In this document: positions 35,831 to 48,699 of the stretch, piece after piece | How the letters are laid out: each line of letters begins with the position of its first letter | Numbering within the stretch: position 1 is the stretch's first letter | NCBI GenBank assembly: GCA_964304625.1 | Contig: OZ199838.1 | Span: forward strand, 10,125,741-10,189,740 | Source: Kudoa neothunni | Lineage: Eukaryota > Animalia > Cnidaria | DNA length: 64,000 nt | Direction: 5' to 3' | Notes under the pieces: model-generated | The model's input: only the letters and a program-made list of their open reading frames with translations | What the model was told of the DNA's origin: nothing | The model's database searches: none | Program-made: the position numbers and the translations under genes

Positions 35831-38591
35831 TTTCGGTGCAATAAAAACGAGCCGGGTTACTTGCGTTGATGGTTCTACTAAAGCACTTAATTACATTCGG
35901 TTATTATTTCTATCTCATAACAATTTAAATAAATTAAATATATTTATTCGTATATGTTGTCTCATTACAATCCATGATTTGTTTTCGAAATTTCGTTTGC
36001 TCGTATGAAAAATAAACTTGCTTTTTATGCATCTGAATGAGTGAAATTATTACTTTTCTAAAACAATCTAATAGATTTTATGATAAACCATTTTATATCA
36101 TGCTTCGCATTTGATCACTTACAAACTTCATATTTTACCCTCTGTTTTAGATCTACACATAGTTTTGGTCAATAGTGTGATGAAGTGTCGATTGTTTTTG
36201 AACCATCATTTTAATGAATTTCAATAATTGCAGCTTATCGGGAATTAAATAAAGTCTCTTTACTGCGTAAACATTTTCTGTATTTTAATTTCACAATCCT
36301 TGGATTTTATTTCTCCAATATTCAATTTAACTACATTCTAAATGAACTTTTGGGGAAAAATAGAAATATAATATTTTATAGATCTATATAATGTTTATTG
36401 TTAAAAAGCTGTGACTGCGAAACATTTTAATCGGCCAGGTGAAGGATACACATTATAATTATAATATTTTAAGTAAAATCATTAAATCACGGACTTAATT
36501 TAAACCAAAAAACATTAAGATCTATAATTCAAATATTATTCCATTAATAATATCATTAGGTTGATGAAATTATGAACCATTTGGAAAAAACCACCCATGA
36601 AGTTAGCTGCGATTAGGGATGAAGTAAAAATATTCCTGATCCAATTAATTATTAATTTTGGAAACCTACAGGTAATAAAAATTAATATAAACAATTTCAG
36701 TTGGTTAAAATTTTATTTTCAAATTTAAAAGTTCATTTTTAGTGCGAGAGTGTGATATTACATCTTTAAGTGGGAAATGAGATATTTGTGAGGTCTAAGA
36801 TTTGGCAATTAAATGCTTAGCTATAAATACCATAACTACGCAGAATTTTCATGAAAATATTCTATTTAAGAAAAATTGGTAAAAAAATTGTTTAAAGATT
36901 GGAAAGAATCGAAATTTAAATTTATGTAGGTATAATAAAAATGATGTAACCATGATTAGACTATGATTGGCTCCAAGAGAGAGTAAAGTTCGTTTGTTCG
37001 CTATTGACAAAATTAAAATAATTTAAAGCTTTTAATTAAATGATATCTATTTAAATATCCCTCACAAGCTAATATAAAAACAATGTCCTAAAATTTGTTC
37101 AAATTTTGAAGGATTTGATCAAAAATTTCCCGATCAAAGTAGACATAGACAGGTTTTATCTTCATAATTCAACGTTTTCACATTAAAAGCTAGATTTGAT
37201 TTTTTATTGTAGGGATTTTAATTCAAAACACCTTAAGCAAGGTTAAACTCATTTATCTTAGAATTATGTAATGTTCAGGAGTAGATTACTTGACAGTCTT
37301 GTTAGAAATATTAGCTCAATAGTATTGTACACCATATATTCAATCATACCAAGTTCATCAATTTTAATAGAGAAATTTCGAAAAATAGGGAATTTCAAAG
37401 CTCTGAAAATTATTAAACATCCAAAAGTTTTCAACGTAAATAATTGAATATATAGACTTGATTTTTGATGTCGAAATTTTATTATATTCTAATCTACTCG
37501 AAAAAGCAGTCGATTGTATGAGTAAAGAGAATTTGGGGGTGTTCTTGTTAATCATTTCATTAGATAACTGGATTGAGAACTTTATATTAAAAATAAATCC
37601 GGATGGAAAATGGTAAAATTATGAAATATTTTCATATTAAAACGATATATATTTGAGAATTTGATTAAGATGTTAAATTTGAAGGTATCGACGGAAAATT
37701 ACATACTTTTGAATAAAATAAGGCCATTAATTAAACCATTAATATGCTTCAGCGAAAAAATGTCGACAGAACTACTTAATTTACATCTAAAAATGAACTC
37801 AAATGATACAAAATTTAAAAAGCATCCTTGAATTGAAATTTAAATCCTAATTAATTTGGAATCATCATAAATAATATGAAGATACACGCGTAGAATTTCA
37901 AAAATGTTTAAAGTCTTTTTATTGTTAAACATTTTCTTAATCTCAAAAAGTTATACAAAATAGATCCCCTATTATATTCGACTTTTTTACAAGGCGAATC
38001 TTCTGGTGCGGCATATTAGATTGTGGAGTTCTAGCTGGTCAGGCTGTCTCCATGAACGCTGTAGCTACCGAAGGGAGTAAATTTAACCCTTCGCCCTATC
38101 TTTCAACAATATATGGGAGTTTAGCCCACAAAAAATCTCATTTAAGATCGAATACTACTCGAAACATTATCTACAATAAGATTTTAGCGAATTAGCCCTG
38201 TGGGGCTTGCAGAATTCTTAACTGCCTAATGCGCTAATACGTGCCTGGAGATTCAAAAATATAATCTGTCCTTCCCCACTGAACCGAACTATGATTATAA
38301 GCATTACAATAATATAATGAGCGTGCGCTCTAATCGTAGCCACCATTACGGAATAGACACGTAGAACTAGACAGAGGCTGGGTTTGAACTCATGACCGCT
38401 TAATTCAAAGTCCAAGGGTCTTCACTCACATCACGTGTAGGTTGTCATTTTCGGAGGTACGGCAAGCAACCTACGTCGGTACACGGGTAATTTTTTCGTA
38501 CGCAGTACAGAAAGAATAAAATCTTCTCTAATGGTAAATATTTATTTTTATCAGAATTTTTTTCTTTGGCAGTTATTTGAGGGGACCTTAA

Positions 38592-40910
38592 CCCTTTCGT
38601 GCCCAAATTTTTATTTGATAAGACTTTCTTTTTTATCTTACCTGTAAAAATTTAAAGTTAAAATAAAGTGTTCAAATGCAACTTTTTTACTTTCTTCATC
38701 ATGTGCACTAGGGTACTCTTAGGGCACTTACGCAAAAAAAATTCAACGATAATCGTTACTCAAAATAGATTTTTACGCAGTTATATATTTTTATTTATTG
38801 TGATATGAATAGAAACAATTCTTTTTTTTACTACGCAACATAAGATATTGCATTTTAAACAAACGAAATATGTCTTACTTTTACATAATCGGCATTTGCT
38901 TTTTTGTCTACCGTATCGGGGTGATGACCGACATTGTCAGATATGATCGATTCAGTTAAGTTGTTAATTCTATTCTGAGTAGAATAAAAAACAGTATCTG
39001 TAATTGTCGATGTATCATGAGAGGGGAGTCCACGCTTTGTTATTACAGTTGATTTTGTATGGTGCATTAAATGTTCACTGATTGACTGCATAAAGACAAC
39101 AGATCCATTAATTCATTATTGGGAATTCTCCTAATTTTAGAATTGTGGCGATATAACAATCAAGCATTAGTTATGGCTTTATTCAATCCCCGAAAGAATA
39201 TCTTCATATAAAATTTACGGCATTTGTGGTTTCGATTATATAACGCCATCAATATATCCGATAAATCTACTCCAACCATATTTGTGCTGTACTCCGACAT
39301 AACATTAGGGCGATCAATGGTGATCATTCTTTTTGTACGCCTATCAAATCTCTTTATTGCCCCAACCCGATCTGAAGACGAATGCGTGGAAGATAATGTA
39401 TCTACAGAACCATCACACCATTGGGTTATCACTATTCCGTTTGTTTTATCCTGAAAACTTTCGTGTGACCCACGCCCTTTTTGCCAAATTTATTTGGAGG
39501 TGTTAATGGACAATTTTTGATTCGATTTCTTCTTATGGTCCCGACAGAGAAGATATTGCGTTCTTTTAAAATTTTCTGCAAGGGATTAAAGGTGAAAAAA
39601 TTGTCGAAGTACACGAAGAAACTTTTATGACTTGGAAGACTCTCGCACGATTTGAACACAAAATCACCAGAAACTTGACTACATGTATTATCAACTTCTG
39701 GGACTTTTACATCATACAAGAGGAAATCATATACGAGACCACTAGTTCCGCATCTTGTAAATATTTAAACTTCCATTTGGTTGGTTTCTTAGGAAGGTAT
39801 TGTTTGGCTTCACACTTCCCTTGAAGGTATCATATGCTCATCAACTGAATGATCAATTTCGGGTTTACTTTTTAAAAACGTAGGCAGTAGATATTTCAAG
39901 AAGGGTCGGATTTTGACGAATCGATCATATTTGGGTTATGCTTGATCATTTATTACTATCTTATTATTGTTAAATGAATTAATCTTGAGATTTTATCAAA
40001 ACTATTTCTTGAAGAGACTTTCGACACGTGTTGGTGATCAAATGATCTGCTCCAATATTAGCGGTAATGCGGCATTATTAAAATTCCTATCAAGATAATT
40101 ACACCAATGAACTTTTGAATCTCATCAATATCTGTTCACAAATTTATACTGCATCGGACTGCATAAACATTTGTTTCGTTTATAATCATTTCGATCAATG
40201 TTTCGCTAAACAAGAATTTGAAATAATCGATTGGATAGAACAACTCCTCCACGTCTTCAAATGCATCTACCGTAACGACATCATATGGGGCAGAGGGCAA
40301 GGGTCTTTCACGTGTCCTTTTAATGTTGTCATTATCACCATCACAATCATCTGATGATGAAACGCAAAAATCAACATCGTTCTAATTTGTTGAGCACCTA
40401 ACCTAATCATCAGAAACCGTGCCAGGATCTGATAAATCAGCATCTTGAAGAACGATCACTTCGGTTAGAGTGTGGGCATCATTCAGCCCGGGAACGTTGA
40501 GGTTGTGATTTATTTTCGTTAAAAAAATCAGCACACGTGCCCATAGGTCATCTTGGGGAACACGTATGTTTTTTTATATATTTATTCGATACGTTTTTAA
40601 ATTTTAGCTCAAGGGTTGGAAAATAAGTATTTACGCTGTTATATAAATTTAATTTTTTTTTGTTTCGATATCTTTGATAATGATAATTCAACGGGTCAAC
40701 AAATAATGTGACTTTGCCAATCAATAATTTAGAAAAGTAAGCTGTAATATAAAAATACTTTTTCAATAAATTATGTTTTATCTTATTTTAAGGTATAAGA
40801 TATCCCAAAAATCTAGAAAACATAATAAAACGTTGTAAACTCGCTATAATTAAGATGCCATGAACATAATAATTAATTGTACCCTTGGATGACTCTTGGG
40901 CACGAAGGGG
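38592..40910 (-). mobile_element. piggyBac transposon, full length with a decayed transposase
   Basis: TTAA TSDs at 38588-38591 and 40911-40914, TIRs CCCTTTCGTGCCCA / CCCCTTCGTGCCCA. Frameshifted transposase motifs VYFDNFFT, VGTIRRNR and YSTNMVGVDLSD. Confidence 0.9.
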
Positions 40911-42212
40911 TTAAGGACTTATCGGAGATGCCTCTGTGCCAAATATTGACAACGTATTAGCCAATTTAGTTAGTTTTATATACACGTCGGAAATCCTGGA
41001 TTCGCTTATTCTTTGAAAAGATTAAAGTTATGAAATTTTATTAATCGCTTTAATTTAGATGATTAATGCATTAAAGCACAAATCTATTTTGCAATAACGT
41101 CCTAGAAAGATTATTTTGAATTCAAATTAAAATAATTTCAGGAGATCATAAATAACGTTAAATTTCAAAGAGCTCTATAAAAATTTGACCAAGTGATTTT
41201 TAATAGTATTTATCAATAACCTATTTCAACAACAAAAATTTATTTACACAGTCTTTCACGCAAACACATTCGGAGACACTAATATTGGCGTTAATTAAGT
41301 TAAATATTTTATTGAAGCGAAATGTATAGTCGTTGTATAATTTGAAGATGAAGGTTTATTTTTCTAAGGCAAAACAAATAAACTAATCCTGCCACTGTAG
41401 TAGTGTTACTGTTATTAATTTTAATCTCCCTGAATTAAGTTTAAATAGATGATTCATAAATTTTCAAGGAAATATGAAATTCATCTACATTTTTGTAAAA
41501 AGACAGCCTATTTAGTTATGAATATTAACACACATTTCCTAAAAAATCTCCGTATATCGAGAGGATTAGTGTACACACAAATATACAGGCACTATTGTTA
41601 TATATATTGTTAAAATAATTGTAAAAATACTAAAATAAGATATATATTTTTATAATACTCTTGAAATCCACAAATATGAAAGTTCTTAAATTGTTTTCTC
41701 AAATATTTTAATTTTGTAGCCAGAATTTCATCCATGATATTGTATATGATAAAGAGTATAGGAATAACTGAAAACTGTCACCAAGAATAATTTTGATGTC
41801 ATAAATATATTTCGTTTTAGGGTTTTGATCTTAAATCATCATTATTATAACCAATAAAAATATTTGGGTATTAAGACTCTGAATACCTGTTGTATTGTTG
41901 TTTTTATTTTCTATGATAAGTCGGTCATACATTTGTTAAGATGCATCTAAAATTTCCAAATAATAAATTTTACTTTTACTTAATAAATGGTTAAACTAAT
42001 ACTGTTTATTCTCTTTAGGTATTGACTAGTTTTGAATAGTTCCACAAAACCTAACTACCATAAAATATTTTACACAATTTATCCAAATTACATATAATTG
42101 TTTTGAATTAAAATAATCCAAAACAAATTTATAGAATTTATTTACTACTCCTCTCCAAACTGATATTTTCTACCTAATCCCATAAATTGAAACTCAAGGC
42201 TATTGAAAATTT

Positions 42213-44393
42213 ATGATGTAAATACACTATGTAAAAAAACTGATTGAAATACATCATATAGGTTGAAGTGTTGTTATATTTATTATTTTTGGATTGTTAT
42301 GACAACCAACTTGTTGGGAATATTTAGTGATGACAGCAACGTTCAAGTAATTTTTTAAAATGACATTATTTTTTTTATAAATCATAATAATATAGTATGG
42401 AATAATTTTAATGAAGCATGTCGATAAAATAAATGCGGCAAGTTATAAAATTGAGACGATCAACAACCAACCACAATCAAAATCGACCAAACTAATAGTC
42501 ACTGAACTCGAATGCCTTCGTAAATACAAATACTTTGGAACTTGAAATAATTTTTAATGATATAATTTAAATATTTTATTCTGAAAACATATTTCATATC
42601 TGCGTGATAACTTTGCTTGAGTTATCGGTTGTTTTAAATATGAATGAATGTTGTTTAAATTTTAAAAACTTAAATCATTACCTGAAAAAGTAACTTTATA
42701 AACTTAGATATCGACAGTAACAAGTGTGCACAAGATATAAAGAAATCAACAAAAATTACTCAAATCCCCGACGATAAAATACTTCTAAAAGTTTTTTACG
42801 CCAAAGATCTACAAAAAGTGTAAACAAAAAATTTGTTCTTACTTTAGAAATTAAATGAAAATCTCTTTTATCAGGTCGGACGAAGCGAAAATTGATCAGA
42901 TGATCAAGCAAGACAATGAAGCACTCCAAAAATATTTTACTGTTAAAGGAATGATACCGGTCGAACTGTACAATGCAAGAACAGACGACATCCTAACCTT
43001 TGGTTCCTCTAATATTGATTTCGAAAATAAAGTATAATTTGTAGTTTACTAGTATAATTGCCTTTAGAAAATAAAACCAGAACTAACTTTAATATTCAGA
43101 GAAGATGCCTTGTTTTTAGGATTCATGACTATGAACCCTCAAAACTTTGCAGAATCACTTAAATACAATGTGAAATATGACGAACAGGGATATTCTATCG
43201 TTGCCAACGATTTTATGTGTTCATCTCCTGTGGAAATCAATTATCTTACCTTCAAGCAACTTATTCAAGTATCTAATTATGCCAAAAATGTTTATAAATA
43301 TTTTTTGTTTTCACCAATCAATTAAACAGGATTCCGCTACGAAGGAAGATATTCTTCATCCTTGTATATCAACAAACCAATTTATTTTGCTTGATACAGC
43401 GAATATCAACAGCAAATGCGTAACAGACTTTACTGTTAGAAATAAGGTGAAATTTGTGGGGGCATTTGATGAAGCAAAGTGCAAAGTGTTAATCGAAAAA
43501 GCAATAGCTCAAAAAGATCTTGATTTGAATCCAATAAAGAAAGGAAATTTCGCAGGATTAAATATTCCATTGCCGATAGATTCAAATATAAAGTTAAAGG
43601 TGAGCTTGTAATATTAATTTTTGTCTAATATAATTTGTTACCGTTAAAGTTATACATCTCATGGATCAAACAAAGTGATATTAAGGGTGATATCAAGACG
43701 GCGTTACAAAATATCCAGGACACTATGTGTGCTGCAGTCGGAACATCAACCGAGGTACGTTTACTGATTTTACTTAATATTTGTCAGTTGAATATTTTAT
43801 AGGTGCCGTCATCCAATATTAAATGCCTCCAAACTGTTTACTTGAGATACGTGATGGAAAATATTTTGGGTTACAATGAAAATACTTTGATCATAGATAA
43901 CCAGTAAATTTATTTCAAATATATCGTAATAATAAGCATATTTTAAGGGTTCGCCCCGACAAATCTGATAAGAAATTGGTGTTTAATGACCCAAGAATTG
44001 GCTTTTATTTCGAAGACGATCCGATTCCCCCACCATCGACGTATATTTATCTAGCTTAATAACTCCAATTAAACTAATTAATCGATCTCTAGTAGTACCA
44101 CATCAACCGAGGGTTCAACCACTCATGAAACATCAACCGAGGGATCAACTACTCATGAAACATCAACTGATGAATCCGCATCCACCACTAGTTCCGACAT
44201 TCCGTCTACTACTCCTGCAACAGAGGGAATGTCCAGTGGTAAAAAAGCTGGAATTGCATTAGCAATAGGAATCAGTGTTATTTTTGTCGCCGGTATTGGA
44301 ATCTTCGTCTACTTAAAGACAAAAAAAATTTCAAGAACAAATAACATTTCCAAAAAGCATCAAACCCAAGAAAAAATTAAAAGGTCTTGCTAA
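42213..44393 (+). CDS. CD39/GDA1-fold (NTPDase-like) membrane protein lacking all catalytic motifs, with mucin-like stalk; 11 exons
   Basis: Open spliced frame. Exons start at 42213, 42262, 42396, 42708, 42875, 43068, 43330, 43650, 43803, about 43948 and 44093. Product: hydrophobic N-terminus, NVQYGIIL, YSIVANDFMC, KQLIQ, ILHPC, SKCV, VGAFDEAKC, NFAGLNIPLP, KCLQTVYLRYVMENILGY, S/T repeats, TM GIALAIGISVIFVAGIGIFVYL and a basic tail. Confidence 0.75.
44100..44171 (+). repeat. Coding 30-nt tandem repeat (TSTEGSTTHE x2.3)
   Basis: ACATCAACCGAGGG(T/A)TCAAC(C/T)ACTCATGAA occurs twice, plus a partial third unit. Confidence 0.9.
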
Positions 44394-44999
44394 TGCCTGA
44401 ATTATTATATTTGAAATTGGATTTTCGTTTACTTATGATGCTGATAAATATCCATTACATGTCGTTGTTTTTCGCTCAATAGATTGAAAATTAAAGTACA
44501 GTTACACTTCAATTATTCAGAAATCGCACCTCCAATGTAACTATTCAACAATAATTCCAAGTAAAAGTTAATGAGCAACCATAAAATTTACACAATGAAA
44601 CATAAATAATAATGATGCATTGAATTCAAACATATTTATATAGGCCATTTATTCATAGTTTTTCAGGTTAAAAATATAATTAGACATTAAAGCATAAAGT
44701 CTTCTTGCATCTCAACGATTTTTTTTATACATATTAGATAGACATTAAAATTTGTTTGGGAATAATAATTCCTGGTTATGCATCCACAAAAACAATATTG
44801 TTCTAAAACAGAAGTGGGAAACAAAATGCCAACCAACGGGAGGTTCAATGATAAAGTAAAATTGTTAATTTTTGTTGCATAGTACTTGTATAATTTCCCC
44901 CACTTTTATAATCGATCACTTTAGCATCTAAAGTAGCTTAATAGAAAATTAAACGGAATAAATTAAATACTATCTAAACGGGCGTTAGAATGATCACAT

Positions 45000-45900
45000 T
45001 ATGTTTAAAAATTCAATAAACTCAAACGATTGCCAATGCATCGGTTGGTGATATTTATTAATTCATTATAAAGGAAGAAGTTAATGAATTCACAGAAGTT
45101 AGGGAGAACGTAACATTATCACCCGTAACCGCATGCTGCACCGATTCTAAGGCGGAGGGAAAAATTATATAAAACTAACCATTTCCTCATGAAAAATGTT
45201 GAACTTTCGTTAGATTTTTCTTGCAATGCAGCTAAAAATTATGAATCTAAATATCAAATTAAAAATTTACTAAACCAATTTTCAATTTTACAAGTGAAAA
45301 TGTCATTGCAGCTAAAGAATTTATGTATAACAGCCTTTCAACCCCCATTTTAAAACCTAGCGAAAAGGCATGTAATAGAAGGATTTGTTTTTCATTGGGA
45401 TTTCTCGATGATTCAAAAAAAGTTATCAAATAAAACAATGAAGTTACATTGTGAAATTAAATAATTAGTCATCGAAATAATAATTCATCGAAAGAATTAT
45501 TCATTACGTGACTTCCATAGCGCCGATGAGACGTGCTTTTTATCATCTTAATCCCAACAGAACATTATTAAAATTGGACGGTTAAAATTAAAATATTCAA
45601 TTTCAATCGTAATTTTCGCAAATGCATCGCTAACGCATAAATTGAGACCATTAATAATTGAGAGGCCTATTAAGCTATCATTGTTCGAAAATTGTTGTCC
45701 AATATATTACGGCACTTATCATTTGAACAAAAAGGCTAAAATTAAGCCATTAATATTTAAACATTCATTGACATTTTTAATTCGACAATTAAGGCAGAAA
45801 ATTTAAAATACCCTTCTTTCAATTATCAACACGATCGGCCGCGCTAGTAATGTTAATATTCAAAGGTCGAGATTCTATAAATCTCTTCTAATACAGTATT
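45000..45900 (+). pseudogene. pogo/Tigger transposase relic
   Basis: ADETCF (about 45520) and FANAS...KLRPLII resemble the pogo DDE_1 motifs N.DETGL and N.SG..KL.PL.IG. The segment is heavily degraded. Confidence 0.45.
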
Positions 45901-48699
45901 TCTCGATCAAGTTGCAAGCCACTCGCGCATCACGGTATCATGACGGGTGAACAATCACAAACTTCAGAGAGGGAAATGAATAGTTTAACTCAAGTGAAAA
46001 AATCACTCTATGGTTAGCGCAGAGACTAGGGGGCTGATTGTGATAAGCCATAAAGTATGTCTACTTAAACAAACTTGACTTTATAATTATTAACCCTTTG
46101 AGACCTGAAAATCAAGGAGTGAGAAAATTTCACGTTGTTTTAACATATTTGTAACTTAACTGAGTACAAGGAAAAAATGAGCGAGTGGCTTGCAACTTGA
46201 TCGAGAATACTGTATAAATTCACATATAAAACTCATTGACGCTATTATCAAGATGCAGCCGGATAGGTAAATTTTTACAGTCAAACAAAACACTAGTGAG
46301 TTTATCAAGCAAGTCGATATTCCGGAAATTCCAAATGAAGGGGATTCTGAATCATCCGAAGGCAGAAGAAGAAATATCAGACATTTAGGATCAAAGGTCT
46401 TTAAATTCTGTTTCAATCTATATTGAATACATCGAACAATTAAGTAATGCTAGTCTTAATGAAGAGATAAATTCAAGTGATGAGCTAATAACCTCGGTTA
46501 AAAGTCGTCTTAAAAGAAGTATTTAATACAACCAGCCAATTAAGATTATAATAATGTTGAATTCCAATCTTTAAAATTGCAGATTACTCTTATATAAATC
46601 TACAATTCTCTTATTGTCAGTATTATCTACAGTTTCCTCTCCAAATCTCTAAACTTTTAATTCACGCATATGCCTATAGAGTGCAACAAGTGTCATAAGT
46701 AATCGGCACTTTTTCCCACTAAACTAAATTTGAATTTTCTAATTCTTACTTATAATAAAGAAAATACTTTTAACTATCAAATAATAAAAAAATATCATTT
46801 ACTCAAAAAAAATAAGTCAAAAACATGCTTCGTTCGCAATCGCGTAAATAATAAAATCAAACTATCTAAAAAATATAAAATGAGTAAATATTATGATTCG
46901 GACCACGAGTTAAGAAATTTAAAAAATGACTATGGATAAGTATGACCTGAAAAGAATGTCATCATTGAATGGGGTTATAATATGAGATGTCATTTTAAAA
47001 TCAGGAGGTTTATGACTTTTGAACAATTCCGAGAAAACTTTAAACAAGGCCTCAATCGTGAATGGTGGCATTATTAACACTGATAATACCACTGCAATGG
47101 GGAGAAGATTCGCTCCAAAGGAAGGCAACAATAATAGAGATCATTTTAATTCTGAAAGACTTAAAGGGTATAATGACCAGGTTAAATTAAAATATGTTAC
47201 GTTTCATTCTAAAATTATTCAGCCAATCTAAAAACAGATGCAATAATGTCAAAATTCCTTTTAATCCATTTAAGTGTGCATAAAGTAATGATTAACATTG
47301 AATAAAAATTTCCGAAAAACATAAGTGCGCTTGAGCATCGGGCTCATACCAGCGTTGCCAACCCAAATCATAATTTTTTGTTAAAACGGAAGCAATATTT
47401 AATGATGTGCATAAATATTACGTTAATTTATAATTAGCTCAGAAACTTCGAATTTGTAACATCATTTGGTCGATGTGTTGAAAAATTTCCTCATAAGAAC
47501 AGGGTTATCTAATGTAGAGCACAGCATTCTATTTCGTCTGATGTTTTCGATAATTCCAGAAAAGAAAATGCTCTTACCGGAGAAACATTAATCAGAGCTT
47601 CAGGAAGTAAAGATTTGCTGTATTTTCCGATAGAATTAAAATTTATTTGTCGATAAACAATGGTCAACAATGCGATTGTTAATAATTTAATCAAACAAAC
47701 TTTGTTTTTGAGCCTATTCAATTCCTTTAATTTCAAACAATTGTATTACAGTCTTTCGTTGAATGTTTGAATAACACATAAAAACTATACCTAACTGAGG
47801 TTTATTTTTATGTGCGCCCATTTATTCATTAAAATTAAGAAAAATTAGTCAAGTAGATAATATTTAGTTAAATTTTAATTTGTTTAGGTAATAACTAAAA
47901 TTAGAATCTTTTGAAAATTGATAACAAACACTCGTAATGATAACTTAGCATTGGGCATCATCAGCATCAGGTACTTTTTTTTAATTCAAACACAAATTTC
48001 TCTTCGTAATAATTCCAAAATGATTCATGGTCACGATAAAACTGTCTTATCGCTAATAACGATAAAAAATCCAAAATGGTTGTTTTAACAGGAGCGTAGC
48101 ATTTAAAAATGTGTTCATTTTGATAGATTTTTGGCATGTTTTTTTAAGCTCAATTTTTGTGTTACGTGAGCTTTAAGACTTATTAAAATTTCTAATTGTA
48201 TCTTGCTTTCGGTGAACTTCTATTGCAAACATTTTAATTTGAAATAAAGCATTGTTCAAAGTATAAAATTATCTACTGGATGATTTCTCGTAATGAAATC
48301 AGCAACAACTGAATTCCATTTTTTGTGAATTTGCAACAACCTTCAGCCTTTGAAACATTGTTTTGCGATTATTCAGTCTTTCGAAGAACAAGAGCAAAAA
48401 TCGGGCATGGAAAAAAATTAGGTACGGCTGGCAACGCTGGCTCGTACGTATTGCAGCGATTCTACTTAATGAGACTTCATTCCTTGACTCATCGCGTACG
48501 AGCCCTGTTGGGCGGTATACTGAATTATAGATTGCAGAAATTAAATTAACATAAATAGTAAAAAAACTGTTACAAAATAAGTAAATAAACTTTTATGAAG
48601 AAAAAAATCGTCACGCACACAACACGAGCAAATGTTGTGTTCGATTAACCGGAAAGAAAATCGCTGATCCCAAGTTTTCTAGTTAATCGAGGCACTATT

